This document shows, in pieces, positions 1-25,254 of a stretch of 64,000 nucleotides of DNA. Under the pieces are notes generated by a model that ran no database searches, had not been told where the DNA came from, and saw only the letters and a list, made by a program, of their open reading frames with translations. Positions within the stretch are counted from its first letter, which is position 1, and the number at the start of each line of letters is the position of its first letter. The stretch spans positions 8,990,001-9,054,000 of the forward strand of contig CM022679.1 in NCBI GenBank assembly GCA_012295275.1, read 5' to 3'. The stretch is from Chrysomallon squamiferum. Its lineage: Eukaryota > Animalia > Mollusca. The position numbers and the translations under genes were made by a program.

Positions 1-2062
1 TTTTAGTCTTCCATCAGTCTAATCAATAAATGTAATATGAAAATGTGGGGTTTTTTTGTTTGTTTTTTTTCTTTTGGGATTTGGAGTGCTGTTCAGAATA
101 GCTATTCTGTTTGGTAGTTTGGTTAATTATTTATTTACTATAAATCATTTTTTCAATTATTGCCGGTGTTAGTAGTTATCTGATGTGGAATTGCACGTAA
201 GATGTGGTGTTTTGAATTATTAAATGTTTTTCTGAACTGCACTCTCAGCAGTATTGCAGTTAAAGAAGACATACAGATTAATTAGTTTTATGTAAGTTAA
301 TACTTCATTTTCTACACAAAATTAAGTTCCTGTGCTGCTCAATGTTTTAAATTAATGATTCAGTCTTTGTAATTAATTTCTTCAAGCTCAGTCTTTATAT
401 GTAATTTGTGATGATTTTTATAAAGTAATTGTTGTTACATTTTGTACATTTTGCATCAGATACTTTACTACAACTGTTTTATAAGATGTAATATATTAAA
501 GCATCATTTATTTGCATACATTGCAAACCAGCTCTAATATATATATATATATATATATATAAAAAAAAAAAAAAAACATTCTGAACATTTTAATGGCAGT
601 GTTGAATAATTCATAACACATCCAGACTGAGGTTTTAATGGCTTGATCTTATTTCTGTATTGATATTGTTTTTATGATAATGCAACCTGTTATTACTTTT
701 GATTACCAGCAACAGATCTTTTTATTTTTGTTCTTTTTACTTTTTTTTTGTGTCTCTGTGCATTTTGATACAGTCCATTGATACACAATCATAAAGAAAA
801 CGAAATCTTTGCTCCGAAAATTAAATTTGAAAAAGGAAGACTATTCATCAAAAGTCTGTCATACTTCATTTTTAATATTAAAACTCAGTAAAATTTTGTT
901 CAGCATTGATCTGCAAATTTCAAAGATCACTACCAAATTAAATTAAAAAAAAAAAAAAAAATTATATATATATATATTATATAATTTTGTTATCCATATA
1001 TTTGACAGTATTAAATTTTGTATGTCATCCAAGGACATGTTGAATATGACACTATTTCAACGGGTATAAATTAAATTTCCTTGTCATCAGAATCCTATTT
1101 CATAAGTTCAGCCATCTTTTTCTTCTTGTTAAGTTCCTAATCCAGTTACTTTGTTATATGCCTGTTCAGAAATCCTCACCCTGTAATACTTCATAACATA
1201 TTACAGGTTATCTTTATTATGAGCCATGTGAAAATTGGACTGAAATAAAACTGTATTTTTACACATATATTATATTAAAATAATATTGTGGTACAATTCT
1301 GTTATAGTAAAATTATATTAATCTTTCTTAAAAACATAGAGACTTTCCCTGTTTAAGGGAAGGAGTCCTTTAAATTTTTCTTATTGCTAACTGACGAGAA
1401 AATCCATCTTGTGGCAATGGTAGATCACCTATTTTAATATCATCATGATTATCACATAAATCAACATAGTTATCCAACAACCATCAACAGTAAGATGTTA
1501 AACAGCAATAAATATTCATATGTATTAAATATTCAAATGTCTGTCTAGAATACGAATATAAGACCTGAAAAACCGAAGTGCATATTTCTTTTCCTTTACC
1601 TCATATGACACTGGGACCACCAGAGTTTAAATGCAATTTGCCTACATTGTCATTGTCTTATCCCATACATAAGAAGAGGATTTGTTTTGAAAAGGGAACT
1701 AATTTAATTTGTGACCATGCCCCAAATAAAACATGACTGGAGGTGAAATGAAAATGTCAAGCCATCTCCAATGTTCAGACAGTGAGAAGCAGTCCATTAA
1801 ATGATATATTGTGTGCATTATGGACTACTTAAAATAACTCAACTGGGCTAAATTTAGAAATAGCTGACTAAATAACTGAGTTATTATTCTTCAGATGTTG
1901 TTCAGATAGAGAAAAGCAAATTAAATGACAGGACTAAGTGCTCTTGTGTTGGACATTTTGATAAATTTTTATCTTGATCATGTTACTTGATATATGCTAG
2001 TATTGAGCTGAACAGGATATGCAATGATTTTTTTTTTTTTTTATAATAATAGTTTGATAAAA

Positions 2063-2110
<48 letters not shown>

Positions 2111-2220
2111 TAAATAAATAAATAATTTTACATAAATTTAAATAAATTTTCATAGTTTTAAAATATGTTTCAGTTTAATTCCTGTTTGTTTCATTATTCT
2201 TTATTTATTTTTGTTATTAT

Positions 2221-2253
<33 letters not shown>

Positions 2254-2410
2254 TTTATTTTTTTTGGTGGTTATGTCTTCTTTTATTTTTCAACTGGAAT
2301 TTGTGTTTTTATTAAAAGTATATCATTATATGTAGTATTATTAACCACTTTTTCACAGAATTTAGTTTTTCTATTTTCATGGTTTCAATACATTTGCCAA
2401 ATTGTAGGGG

Positions 2411-2441
<31 letters not shown>

Positions 2442-4068
2442 TATTTCTTGAATGGCAAGGAAAATGTAGAGATGGGGAAAAAAAGAAGAAAAAGAAAAGA
2501 TATAAACCATTGCTTGATAAATTGAATAATTTAATTCAGTGTCTTAACAAGGATGTAATTACATTGTATAATATTACAACTCGTAAATACAGACAGGGAA
2601 AAGGAAATTTAAAAGTGACAGTTTGTCCTTATCAAAATATAATAAGTAACCAATGAGTGACTGAATGTATAATACCTAACAATTTAAAAAAATTAATGTT
2701 ACTGGATAGTATTATTTTATAATGGTATTATGACGCAGAAAACTACATCTGCCTTACTTACCTGTTACCATATAGCAAAGGGTTTTTTTTTTTTTGTACA
2801 CTTCCCCATAAATGGAAATGTCTGAGTAATGTTTGGCTGGCAGTCCATTAGAGAACTGTTAAAGCATGCTTGTTATGGACATGGCTTGGAAAGAACGCAA
2901 TGACACCAGTCTCTGAATACCCACTGAACAGGTGTTTGGGTACAACAGAGAGTTTTAATCTAGCATTGCTTTTATTGTTATTGTTATTCAGGTACTATTA
3001 TAGAGTTTCAGACTTCTTCTTAGTGACTACAGAAGTTAATAATGAAAACTGAAAAAAAAAGAAAAAAAAAAAGGAGAATGATTAAGAAAAAGATTAACCT
3101 GTTTCTAAATTATTAATTTTTTTTTTTTTTTTTCAATTAAATTTGGTATTTTACTACAGCATATATATTTTTTATTTAATTTTATACTAATGTCACCATT
3201 TTGTTAATTCATTTGGTTTGCTATGATTATAAAAAAATAACAAAAACAGCAACAACAACAAGCAGCAATAACAATAACAACAATAACAATAATAATAACA
3301 ATAACAGTAATAACAATTATAACAATAACAATAATAATAACAATAATAAACTTTTAATTTATTTTATTTTTATTTTTATTTTTATTTATTTTTTTCTGTA
3401 ATCAGACATGGTTACAAGTGTAACTAGTAACGAACACAGATCATAAAGGACGTTGACATTCACACATGAATAATTTCCAGACAAATCTATACCAGCAGAT
3501 TACTCTTGTTCAGCTCTGTGCCCACTGTATCGCAGTGTGCAGGGCCTTTGTCAAAACATTCTGTCTCAAGGGGAGTTTCTCAAAACTGTTTTATAGAAAG
3601 GAAATAAAAAAAAAAATAACAAAGAAAAAAATCAAAATACTAACGAAGAAGACAAGGACACTGATTTCATGTGTAAGCCGTAATGGTGATGTTTGACATC
3701 TTCAAAAATATAATGTAAAAAAACCATCTGTTAATAATTAAGATATTTAAAATAAATAAATAAATAAATAAATAAATATGAAATTTAAAAATTAAATCCA
3801 CTCATTACTTGAGTGTTGCGCATGTTTTCTGCTATAAATTTACAGTCAGGAAATGAAGTATTGGCAGCTGTGTACATAGGACTGGAAAATGGCCACAGTA
3901 TTCCAACCCTTTCTCAATTTCAAATTAAAATGTTATCAAAAGATATGCAGACGGAAAACTTTTTACAAATGTATTATTATTATTATTATCATGATGATTA
4001 TTATTTGTATTACTATCATGATGCAGTGGTTTCAGGTTAGTCTGTTAATTATTTTATTTTCTTTGCAG

Positions 4069-4376
4069 GCAAGGCCCCCAGAATTTCTGGCATGAAGTTA
4101 AAGATTCCAAAAGAGGCACCTCCAAGCCCACAGTAAGTTATTTTATTACAAATATTATTATTAGTAGTAGTATTATCATTATCATTATCATCATCATTAT
4201 TATTTATTTATTTATTAATTTATTTATTTATTTATTTATTTAGTCATTTATTTTATTTTATTTTTTTTAAATTTAAAAAAAAAAGTTTTTTATTTATTGT
4301 TATTTTTTAATTATTATTTTTAAATCCCTGAACAGCTTTCAGTTTTGAAACAATAAGTAGAAGGTTTTCTCTACAC

Positions 4377-4407
<31 letters not shown>

Positions 4408-7400
4408 GAAAGAAAGAAAAAACAGAAAGTTAAAAAAAAAAAAAAAAAAAAAAAGCCCCCACTTTCAACACGTTATTTAATTTAAAACAAACAACAATTT
4501 CCAGGCCTCCGCGTCCTGATCTCGACTCCAAGACAACGCTGAAGATTGGGGACAAGACAGTGGAGTGCGACGCATCAGACCTGCAGCCAATCCAGGTTCT
4601 GGGGCGGGGGGCATACGGGGTGGTGGAGAAAATGCTGCATCGCAAGAGTGGCACTGTCCTGGCTGTCAAGGTTGGTTCGGGTTTGAGAATATGTTTACGT
4701 TCATGTTCAAATGGCGCATTTTGTTTTGAAAATTTGTAAAAAAAAGATATGTTAGTGTGTTGTTCTGTTGTGTCTTTGTTTAATTCAGTTTATTAGTATT
4801 GTAGTTTAATTATTATTTTTTCGTTTTATTTCGTTTCATTTTTGGTAAAGTAAATTGAAGAATTAGGTACTGATGTTCTTAGTTTTTATATGCTACAAAT
4901 TCTGTTGTATTATTTTTTGGATGCAACAGTTGTATTGATGCAAAGACTTAGGTGATAACATGTCATCAACAGACATAATTTGTGAGGTAGAATACATAAA
5001 TGTATCGATAATTAAACCGCAAATAGCTGTTACTAAACATGATATAACTTTAAAAAAAAATAAAAACTTATTAAAACTTACTTTTTTATTATAAATATTG
5101 ATATATATATATATATATATAGTATAAAAAAAAGCTTTCTAAAACTGCAGACAATAACAAATAATTCTGATTTCAGAGAATAATGGCCACGGTGAACAAT
5201 ATTGAAGAGAAAAGGTTGTTAATGGACTTGGACGTGAACATGAGGAGTGGGTCATGTCCTTACACTGTCCACTTCTATGGAGCCTTGTTCAGAGAGGTAC
5301 TGTATAACATCTCAAATTTGTTTCTCTGATTTTTTGTCTTCAGTTTTGCATTTTTCTACACACCTATCTAATATTTTAGAAAAGATTTTTCTGAAATACT
5401 TTACTCTGAACCCCAGAGTTAGCCCCAAATTTCTACTGAACTTTCCAGATTAAGATATTCCATTAAGACTATTGTTCATATTCTTGCAAGCTTTGGAGCT
5501 GGAAGTGATATATACCTAATTCTTCAAATGAAGCTTAAGAAATAAGGAATATGAATACTTGCATAAATTTAGTAGCCCTCGAATGTGACTTAGTCTCAAA
5601 TTCAGTGTGCAATATAAAATTTTACATTTAAAAATTTCTTTTTAAAGATTTTTGGTGTTGATAAACAAGATTTCTTTGGTGAAACTGGCATTTTGGATTG
5701 TTAATTATATAATATGATTTTCACAGCTTTTTTATGTATGCTGAAACAAGCACTTTTCAAAGCTCTTTTTGAAATACAAAATTCATATATTCTGAATAAA
5801 TTTCATTTTTCTTATTTATTTATTTATTTATTTATTTTTCATCTTAATCAGTTAAACAATTTAATAGTTCCAAAAAGTTATATTTTATACTTATTTATTA
5901 TCTTTTTATGTTGTTTGTTTTCTGACACAGTATGTTACATAATAGAGACTGTTTTTTTGGACTGCTGAGGTGATGCTATTCAGTCTTTTTTATTTATTTT
6001 TTTATTTCAGTTAGATGTAAACTAACTTATCAATATTCATTTGCATATTTATTTTATTTTATTATTATTATTATTTATTTTTTTCTTCAGGGTGATGTCT
6101 GGATCTGCATGGAGGTGATGGAAACGTCGTTAGACAAATTTTACAAAAAGATTTACACAAATGGTGAAACAATACCAGAGGAGGTGTTAGCAAAGATAGC
6201 TTTCTCAGTAAGTTGCTGTGTTATTTTACACTGATTTATCTCTATTTAGATACTTACTGACTGGTTGGTTTATCCCACGAAACATGAACAAGAAATAAAA
6301 TATACATTTAGTCTGTCTATCTCTCTATCTATCTATCTATCTATGTATGTATGTGTATATATATATAAATATATATATATATAAAACCAATAACAGAATA
6401 GTAATCTCAAAAATAGTGAATGATGACTCCATAACATTGCATTAACTAGGTACAATAAATAAAAAAATAATAATAATAATAAAAAAATTCCCAAACAGTT
6501 AATCTTTTTTCACACTTCAAAAATGTAATCACTACTGAATATTTTTCAACTTTTCAAAATTTATTTATTTCCGACTTCAGGAAAATTATATGAAATGTAC
6601 ATTACAAATGCAGTTTCACTAACTTAAGAACAACAAATAAATCCAAACCAGAATTTCACAGTAAATGTATTACCGTAAAAATTTCAGAAACATTAAAATC
6701 AATCATTTTCACGAAATAAATATTAAGAATGCACGTTCACTAACACACAAACAGCAAGTGAATCAAAAACAACATGGCGACATCAAAACCCAGTGAACAA
6801 CCTGCACAAATTAAAATTCATCGATCTGCTTAATGTTCAAACTTTTTGCAGGTAGTTCAAGCACTGCATTATCTGCACTCAGAGTTGAAGGTCATACACA
6901 GAGATGTGAAACCCTCGAACATTCTCATCAATCGGAAGGGAGAGGTGAAGATCTGTGACTTTGGCATCAGTGGACACCTTGTAGATTCCATAGCCAGAAC
7001 GAAGGAAGCTGGATGCAAGCCATACATGGGTGTAAGAGTCCTTTTGTTTTTATCATTGCTGTTGAAATAGTGAAAATTGAATAAAAATGTCATTAATCAT
7101 ATATATATATATATATTTGTTTATATAAGTTTTTCTTTGGATTTTTCAGTTTAAATACATTTTACACTGATCATGAATCTGGTATCAGTTGTAACTGACT
7201 AAAGGAATAAATATGTATATGTATGATTATACGACTTTTTTATTCAGTTTTCGCAAAATTAAGATTAATAATAAAAATCTGATATATTTATTCCTTTAGT
7301 CAGTTACAGCTGATTCCAGATTCATGATCAGTGTAAAATGTAAATATCTGAAAAATCTAAAGAAAAACTTAGTATTTTTACATATTTATACTGCCACATA

Positions 7401-8661
7401 CATATGTATAAGTATATATGTGCACACATTACATAACACTCCGTCACACACACACAATATATATGCACTGACTCACACACACACACACACAGACACAGAT
7501 ACATTTTTTAATGGTTTGTTCTGCTTTTCCTTCCAGCCTGAAAGAATTAATCCAGATCCTTCTGTTCAAGGTCAAGGTTATGACATTAGATCTGATGTGT
7601 GGAGCTTAGGCATCACTATGGTAAGTAATAAATACAGTCACAGCTGTTGCCAGGCAACACTAAACTATTTTCCTATAGAGCCAAAGTCATAGCATCTTGT
7701 GTTCTTTTAACTTGTGAGGAACTGTAGTGAAGAGACAGTTTCTCTGGGTATGTTATTTCAGCAGCAGAGATGGGTATTTGAGACTCTATGATAAAGAAGT
7801 GGATGATAAAACATTAAGAAACCCGTTATCTTTCAGATTGAACTGGCTACAGGAGAGTTTCCTTTCTCCAACTGGAAAACACCGTTTGACCAGATCAAGC
7901 AGGTTGTCATGGAGCCACCTCCACAGCTCCCACCCAACAGATTCAGTCCAGAGTTTGAGGAGTTCATTGTCAACTGGTGAGTATCAAAATGAAATCAGCC
8001 CAATTTTACAGCCGTCCATTTTGTCATCTCTCAACTTCATGCAGCTGTTATGTCGAGTTGTTGGGCTCAGTCCTCAGCATGTTGCTTCCAGATTTTCCAG
8101 TCTTGCTTCATTCTGTCTGAAGGTTCCTTTCCAGTACATTAAAACAAAAAAAAAGATGATTGAATCCACACTTATATGTATATTGTTCATACACCATCAG
8201 AATTGTTATGGATAGTTGTATGGGTTTTTGTTTTATCTTTCCATTGATAACCACTGCTGAAAACAGTTGTTTGAAAATGCTTTAAAATTACTAACTGAAA
8301 CAACAAAAGTTATTAACTGAAACAGTCAAATTCACTCTCAGAATTGTGAAAAAAATTGTTTTAATGTTTTTGTTTTTGTTTTCGTTTCCCTTTTCGCTGG
8401 TAATAAATTTAGTTGATGTGATTTAAAAATGACTGACAAATGAAAGACATTTATGATACTAAAAAGCTTTTGTTTTTTATTTATTTATTTATTTATTTTT
8501 TTATTCTCAGCCTTAAGAAAGAGTACAAAGAACGTCCAAATTACATTGAGCTGATGAAGTATCCATTTGTGATGAGAGGTCAGGAACAACAGATCGACAT
8601 GGCAAGTTACGTGAACAGAGTCCTCGACAAATACGGCGACCTCAACGAGAGTGGGAAGTGA
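4069..8661 (+). CDS. MAP2K6: Dual-specificity MAP kinase kinase MKK3/MKK6 (p38 activator), 8 coding exons visible; first short exon not located
   Basis: Exons 4069-4132, 4505-4670, 5177-5296, 6091-6207, 6852-7031, 7537-7620, 7837-7976, 8511-8661(TGA); all GT-AG with consistent phases. Translation includes docking-like [64 protein letters not shown], activation loop SIART (S-x-A-x-T), [10 protein letters not shown] and LKKEYKERP, matching the MKK3/6 subfamily. Confidence 0.95.
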
Positions 8662-11600
8662 AATCACTTCTTCACCTAGCTTTTGGACAAAGTCATTTCC
8701 TTAACGATATAAATGCAAATCTGGTGTCATTCCACGATGAACAGTGGGGCCTACCCATGATAAAAAAAAAAAAAATAAAAAATAAATACTGACATATCCT
8801 TGTTAATGTACTCACGTTGAAAACAACAACAACTTGTTGTTTCTAATGTGATAATAGTGAGACTGTACAAACTGTACTGTAGTAGTTACTCCTATTAACA
8901 GAAGCTATATCGTGTGCGAAGAAAAATTTCGAGATACTGCAATTAACAAAAACAGCAAGACAGTTTAAGAGTATGATGTGTGCCTTTTACAAAGACATAC
9001 TGACAGTTGTACATAGAGAGCTGAGCTTACAAAGGAACGAGTTTCCCCAAAAATAACTGTACAAAAATAAATTAATAATAATTTTATAGCAAACAGAATC
9101 TATTTTTAATTGTTATTTTATAATAGAAAGTTGTATATATATATAATTATATGTATAAATATGTATGTATGTGAAAATTATATTATAAAAAAAAAAACTA
9201 TTTTATTTGTATTTATTGCAGTTCTGTGTTAAATGAACACAGTGACTATTCTAAAAGAAACTGGAGTCAATATTTATAAATAATCAAATTGATGACCCAC
9301 TAAGCTTGTGTGTAAGTGCTATCTAATATATAATTTTGAAGACTTTTTAGTTACTTAAAAATTTTATTTATTTAAAAAAAATGAAATAAAAAATAATAAT
9401 AAAAATAAATAATAAAATAAAATGAATAATTAAAAAAAATATATGGAAGATTATAAATAACTGAAAAATACATTATTTGAATTTAACAAAAACAAACGTG
9501 CTTAGTTTTTCATTTAATTTTTTAAGTTACAGATTTTTCAGAAGCATTTGTATAATCAATATGGTGGAAATGTAATCAGTCATATTAACCTTTGAAGTTA
9601 ATTTCCTGTTAGATTAATAATAAACAGTACATCTTTTTCACTGAAAATGAAAAAAGCATCTTATTATTCATCTGTTTAATCTTCTAGCAATGGCCTATGC
9701 CCATTTAAAATCTTAAAAAGAAATTAAAATTTCATTTCAGTAAAGAAATATTTCTGAATAATAAATCATCTAAGGGTCTGAATCAAAGTCTGTTGTTAAC
9801 TTTGTTTTAGTGATTTTTAAAAAAAAAATATATATATTTATTTATTTATTTTAAAATAGATTAATCCAAAAAAACAATAATATAGACATAACATGTTAAA
9901 ATGTAATAAGGGTAAATGCAATAATTTTAAATTTATATTATTATTATTATTTTAATTTTTCCCAGCAGTGGTTTAAAATAAGAATACATTTTTTTAATTC
10001 TTTTTTTTTTTTTTAATTATAACAAAATTAAAAACCTGATGTCCTTGATTATACAGTTCTCACTTTTGAAATTGTTTTTAATATATACTTGTATGTATGT
10101 ACAGTCATTTAATAACATCTCTTTTTTTAAATTAATTTATTTATTTTCTAATTTAATGAATTACAAAGGATTAATTTTCCTGAGATATAACCAATGTATT
10201 TATCTAGATTTATAACTTCTTTCTCTGTTATTTTGCTTTCTAGTGTGTTTCTCTCAAGTTCTTGACTGAATACCTTGTTGTCTTACCTATATATATTTAT
10301 ATGCAAAAGTCATTTCTCAGAGAGAAAAATATTTCGTACTTCATGGTTTATGTCCAACAGAATGCTGTTGGTATGCAATACAATTTTTAACATTATTTAT
10401 TAACAGTTCTAGCTGGATGGAGCATTGGTTTTTTTTGTTAGCATTTGCAAATTTTATATATTGTTCACTGAAATCTTATCAAATACAGTGCTTTTAGTAT
10501 ATAAATATTCATTAATGAAAGGGTTTTTTTTAATATTGTTTTAATGGTCAGATATTTTGAACAAAAATTAAATAAATGATTAAAATATTTATGATTCGCA
10601 CATTAAACTTTGTGAAGTTGTGAAAAAGGCCAGTTTTACTTTATAAAATTTAGGATTTTTACTGAAGTATCTTAAGTCTGATATCAAATATATTGATTAA
10701 TTTTTTGATTATATTGAGATATATTGTGAAAGTGCAGATTTAGGAATTTTAATGTACCCCATTTTCACTGTTAAAATTGTCTTTTGAAAATATTTAGAAA
10801 TATATTTACTAGTGAATTTATTTTATTGTATTTTTATTTTATTTTTAATTTTTTTTTTTGAATGCTGGGTTTTATATTTTTGGTCTTTTTCTTCAATTTT
10901 ACTGTCCCTATTTATTGAATATATATATATATATATATATTTTTAAATATATATATAAAAGATAATTTCAAAATTATTATTTGTTTTTGTAGTCAGTTTT
11001 TGCTAATAATATTTTAACAGTTAACAAAATTTGATATGTACAGGCATGATGGCTGCATTTTTTAAAATTAGTATTTATTTTTATTTGATAGGCTTTGTAA
11101 AGTAATTGTAAATTATTTTATCTTTCTAATCTGCCAGCAAAAAGTAGAAACAAACCAGTAATTTGGACATGTGGAAAATATATCCAGGCATATTCTTGGT
11201 AACACCTTAAACATCATTTGAAAATTTTATTTACTTTTTATTATCATTTAAATATGGATAATACATTATAATGGTAAACAAAAGTTAACAAAAATACAGG
11301 TCACTCATCTTAAAATATGAGTTGTATTTAAAAAAAAAAAAAAAAATTATTATTATTCTTATGAAAGTTTTGAAAAAGCTTGTTCATATTGCATAATTTA
11401 TATCATCCAAATTATTTATGTGCATTTGTGTGCATAGATGTCGTTTATTATACAGAATATCAAAGCAATGATTTGTTAAAATGTAAATAATGTTATTGTT
11501 TTTAATTGTACTGGATGTTATACTGTAAGAAAAGAGAATGACTGCCAAAAGTGATAACATTTTCTATCGTGGTTTTCAAAATGAGTGCAAGATAGATTTA

Positions 11601-14284
11601 AAAAAAAAATTCCCTATTTATCAAATGTAAATACACTGTATATAGAATATGGATTAATTTTTAGTTAATTAATGTATCAATAAAATTTTAACCAATTTTA
11701 AGTATTGTTATTGAACTAACTTTTGATCATAACTAGTCTTGGTTTAAAAAAGAAAGAAAAAAGAAATATTAGTATTATTCACAATTAAAATAGTGAAATA
11801 TTCATTAGTAAATATTTGTTTATAACACATCAGGAGTGCTTTTCTTCCCCCCCCCCACATCTCTTGGTATGTATGTTTCAAGTTGAGCCTTTCATACAAA
11901 GCCCAATATTCGAAAAAATAAATGAAAATGAAGATGTATGGTATTTCCACCAACCACTCATTGTTGTATTGGCTCTTACTTGTGTTATTTCTGTTACAAA
12001 TCTACAAACTTACAAAATGCAACACTAAAAACAATTTCTGTTCATTATCCCATAAATCTACAGGCTTATAAAATGCTGCCTGGACCTAACCCATGTGTAT
12101 TTAGATACAGCTTTGTTAGACTCTGCTTCACCATATTATTCTTTAATGCATATTTTAACCTTCAGATTACTTTTAGTTACAAAATTTCCAGCAAAAGTAT
12201 TTGAGAGCAACAAGTCGATACATACACTTTCACCTTTAACACCACCAGTCCCTACAGGGGACAATATGAATTTCCTAAAGGCCAGTAAGAATAAATAATT
12301 TTGCTGTTCCATTTTTCACTTATCATGCACTACAAGTATTTTAATTTTATGAAAATGGCTGGAGATGAAGATAGGGGTGTCTATGGGGCAATAAAAAATA
12401 TATTTTGCTTAATGTTAGGGAAAATCCTCATTGATATCGTAACTAAGCAGGGTGGGTTAGATTATCACATGCTTATAAATATTATTTGTTCCTGATCTTG
12501 TATATAATTACAAATGGTTTGAATAAAGAAACAATTCTATTTCTATTGCTGATGGTAACTGGTCTTTTAATAATTTAAGGTTAATATTTTAATTTTGCTC
12601 ATCATCATTTGTGTCCTTTTTTATTTTTTTTATTTTAATTTAGAACATCTTATTTCACCAGTCGTTCAAAAACTAAATTTATTTTAATTCTGTTGTTGAT
12701 ATTTTCAGCAGTACAAAACAGGATTGAAAAGAACTCACAGACACATATACAAGCTTTAATATGCTACATCTCACAACACAATAATTATAATTTCTAAAAA
12801 AAATGAAAAACAAAGCAAAAAACAAGACAGGTAGCTTTATTTCAATTTTTTTTTTTTTTCCGTTTGTGATAAAAAAAATTAAAAATGAGACAAATGAAAT
12901 ATTTCTAAATGAAGATTGTCCTTTCTTTTTGAACTATTTGGAAAAGAAACATTAACTATTCAACATAATGATGCATATTAATTATTGGGAAATTACCAAC
13001 TACCAGTGACATAAAAATAAAACAATAGCAGAAATCTAATTCATTTTCAACCTTCCCAGTAAAATCAAAATGCTATAAAAACAAATGGACAGTGATGAAA
13101 AATATGAAATATTTAAGATACATTACAACAGTTAGTTTGTACGAGAAAAGGAATTGCCATATACATAACAAGGTTTCAGCAACCACTTTATACCATGAAG
13201 TCAAATACACTATTTTCAAATTCTTCATCTGAGAAAACATTTCTCACATCCTGTTAAGATTTTAACATTTTCAATTAAGATTTCAGAAGATATGAAATAT
13301 AAAAACTTTCCCACAAAAAAAAAGGTTTTTCACAAGTAAATTCAACAAATCCACATTCTTGTGTCCAGCTATTTTTTTAAATTCGTAACAGAAAATACAC
13401 ATTAAAGAAAATAAATGTTATATTATATTTAAATAGCAACAATATTTTTAAGATAACATTTTTATTGCTCGAACACCCAAAGACAAGGTAAGACCCCAAG
13501 ATTACAGAATCAAATTGTTTTCAGGAAACCAGGATGTAACACATTAAAAAAAAAAAAGAAGAAAAAAACAATCATTTCGAAAACACTTTCTATTTTTCCA
13601 ATTATCTTAAGCTGCTTTCAGTCCAGGTAAGAAAACTTTTTTTTCTAGAACTTTCTCCTTTTAAATTCCTGCACACATTATTTGATATTAATTTGCATAA
13701 TGACTTAGCTTATTTATCAACACCATCATCAACATTTTTCACATCTCCCTCCTGATTTGACCAGAAACCAACAAATAAAAATCAGTGCAGCATGCACCAC
13801 ATTTCCAAAGACCTTTATTAAAACCGATGAAATTTTAAAATAATTTCCATAACCATCAGAAGGGATGACATACTTTTAAATTGCTTACAATTATCAAAGT
13901 AATCTAAATGTCTAATAAAAAGAAGGAAAAAAAAAAAACGTGTTTGTATTTTCACAAATTGTGTTTATGAACTAATGGTTTCATTTTTCCCTATTCTTCA
14001 GTGTTACAGAATTTGTATTGTGCTTGTAAACAAGTTTTGGCACAACCCTTGATTAACTCTATGTTAATAAACCATTAATAAAAATAAAATCATTAATTGC
14101 TGTTTTTATATTTAACTTGTTAATAAATCGTTTTCAGCATCTCTTCAAAATGTCCAATTTCTCTTTTATTTTCTAAAACACGTACAATATACCATGAAGT
14201 AACAACATATTTAATACAAAATACACTGTCACTGTTGCTGTTTGGCGTCAACATGAATTGATACAATCTGTTTTTGGAAACTGA

Positions 14285-24841
<10,557 letters not shown>

Positions 24842-24859
24842 ATTCAACTAATTTCTGTA

Positions 24860-25070
24860 TGCTACTTTTTCTCTAACAAAATGGCGTGTCCCAGCTTCGT
24901 AGACTGATAACCGGCTGCAATTGGAAACAAGTTTTTATTTCCAGTCAATGACGTAGAGAATAAACTAGACTGTGCATTTAGTACTATTTCACTGGGCCGC
25001 CACAGTGGCTAGAGGGCGCTCACTGCGCAAACCACGACAAACAAGCCTCAACTTCCGGAGATGTCAAGAA
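24860..25070 (-). promoter_or_regulatory. CpG-rich promoter/5'UTR region of U2AF2
   Basis: Immediately upstream of the ATG at 24841. Contains YY1-type AAAATGGCG (24878-24886), CRE half-site TGACGT (24949-24954), CTCF-like TGGCTAGAGGGCGCTC (25006-25021) and ETS core ACTTCCGG (25051-25058). Confidence 0.55.
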
Positions 25071-25223
25071 ATACCAGCTAATGTAAAATTGTAAAAATAT
25101 GGTGTTAAAAATAAATAAATAAATAATAATAAAATAATTTTTAAAAAGAGAGGAGAAAATATGACAAAAACATATATTATGTATATGTGTGTATGTATGT
25201 ATGTATGTATGAATGTATGTACG

Positions 25224-25254
<31 letters not shown>

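Noticed and set aside
1-4068. First coding exon of MAP2K6 and short ORFs in this region
   Set aside because: No convincing ATG exon with a phase-1 donor. ATGCAGTGGTTTCAG|GTTAGT at 4021-4035 is the wrong phase and leaves a 33-nt intron. The listed ORFs are low-complexity. Exon 1 is probably upstream of the window.
8662-14284. Exact poly(A) sites of the convergent MAP2K6 and U2AF2 3' UTRs
   Set aside because: AATAAA hexamers are abundant in this AT-rich DNA (for example 11679 on plus, 12841 on minus); they cannot be chosen without transcripts.
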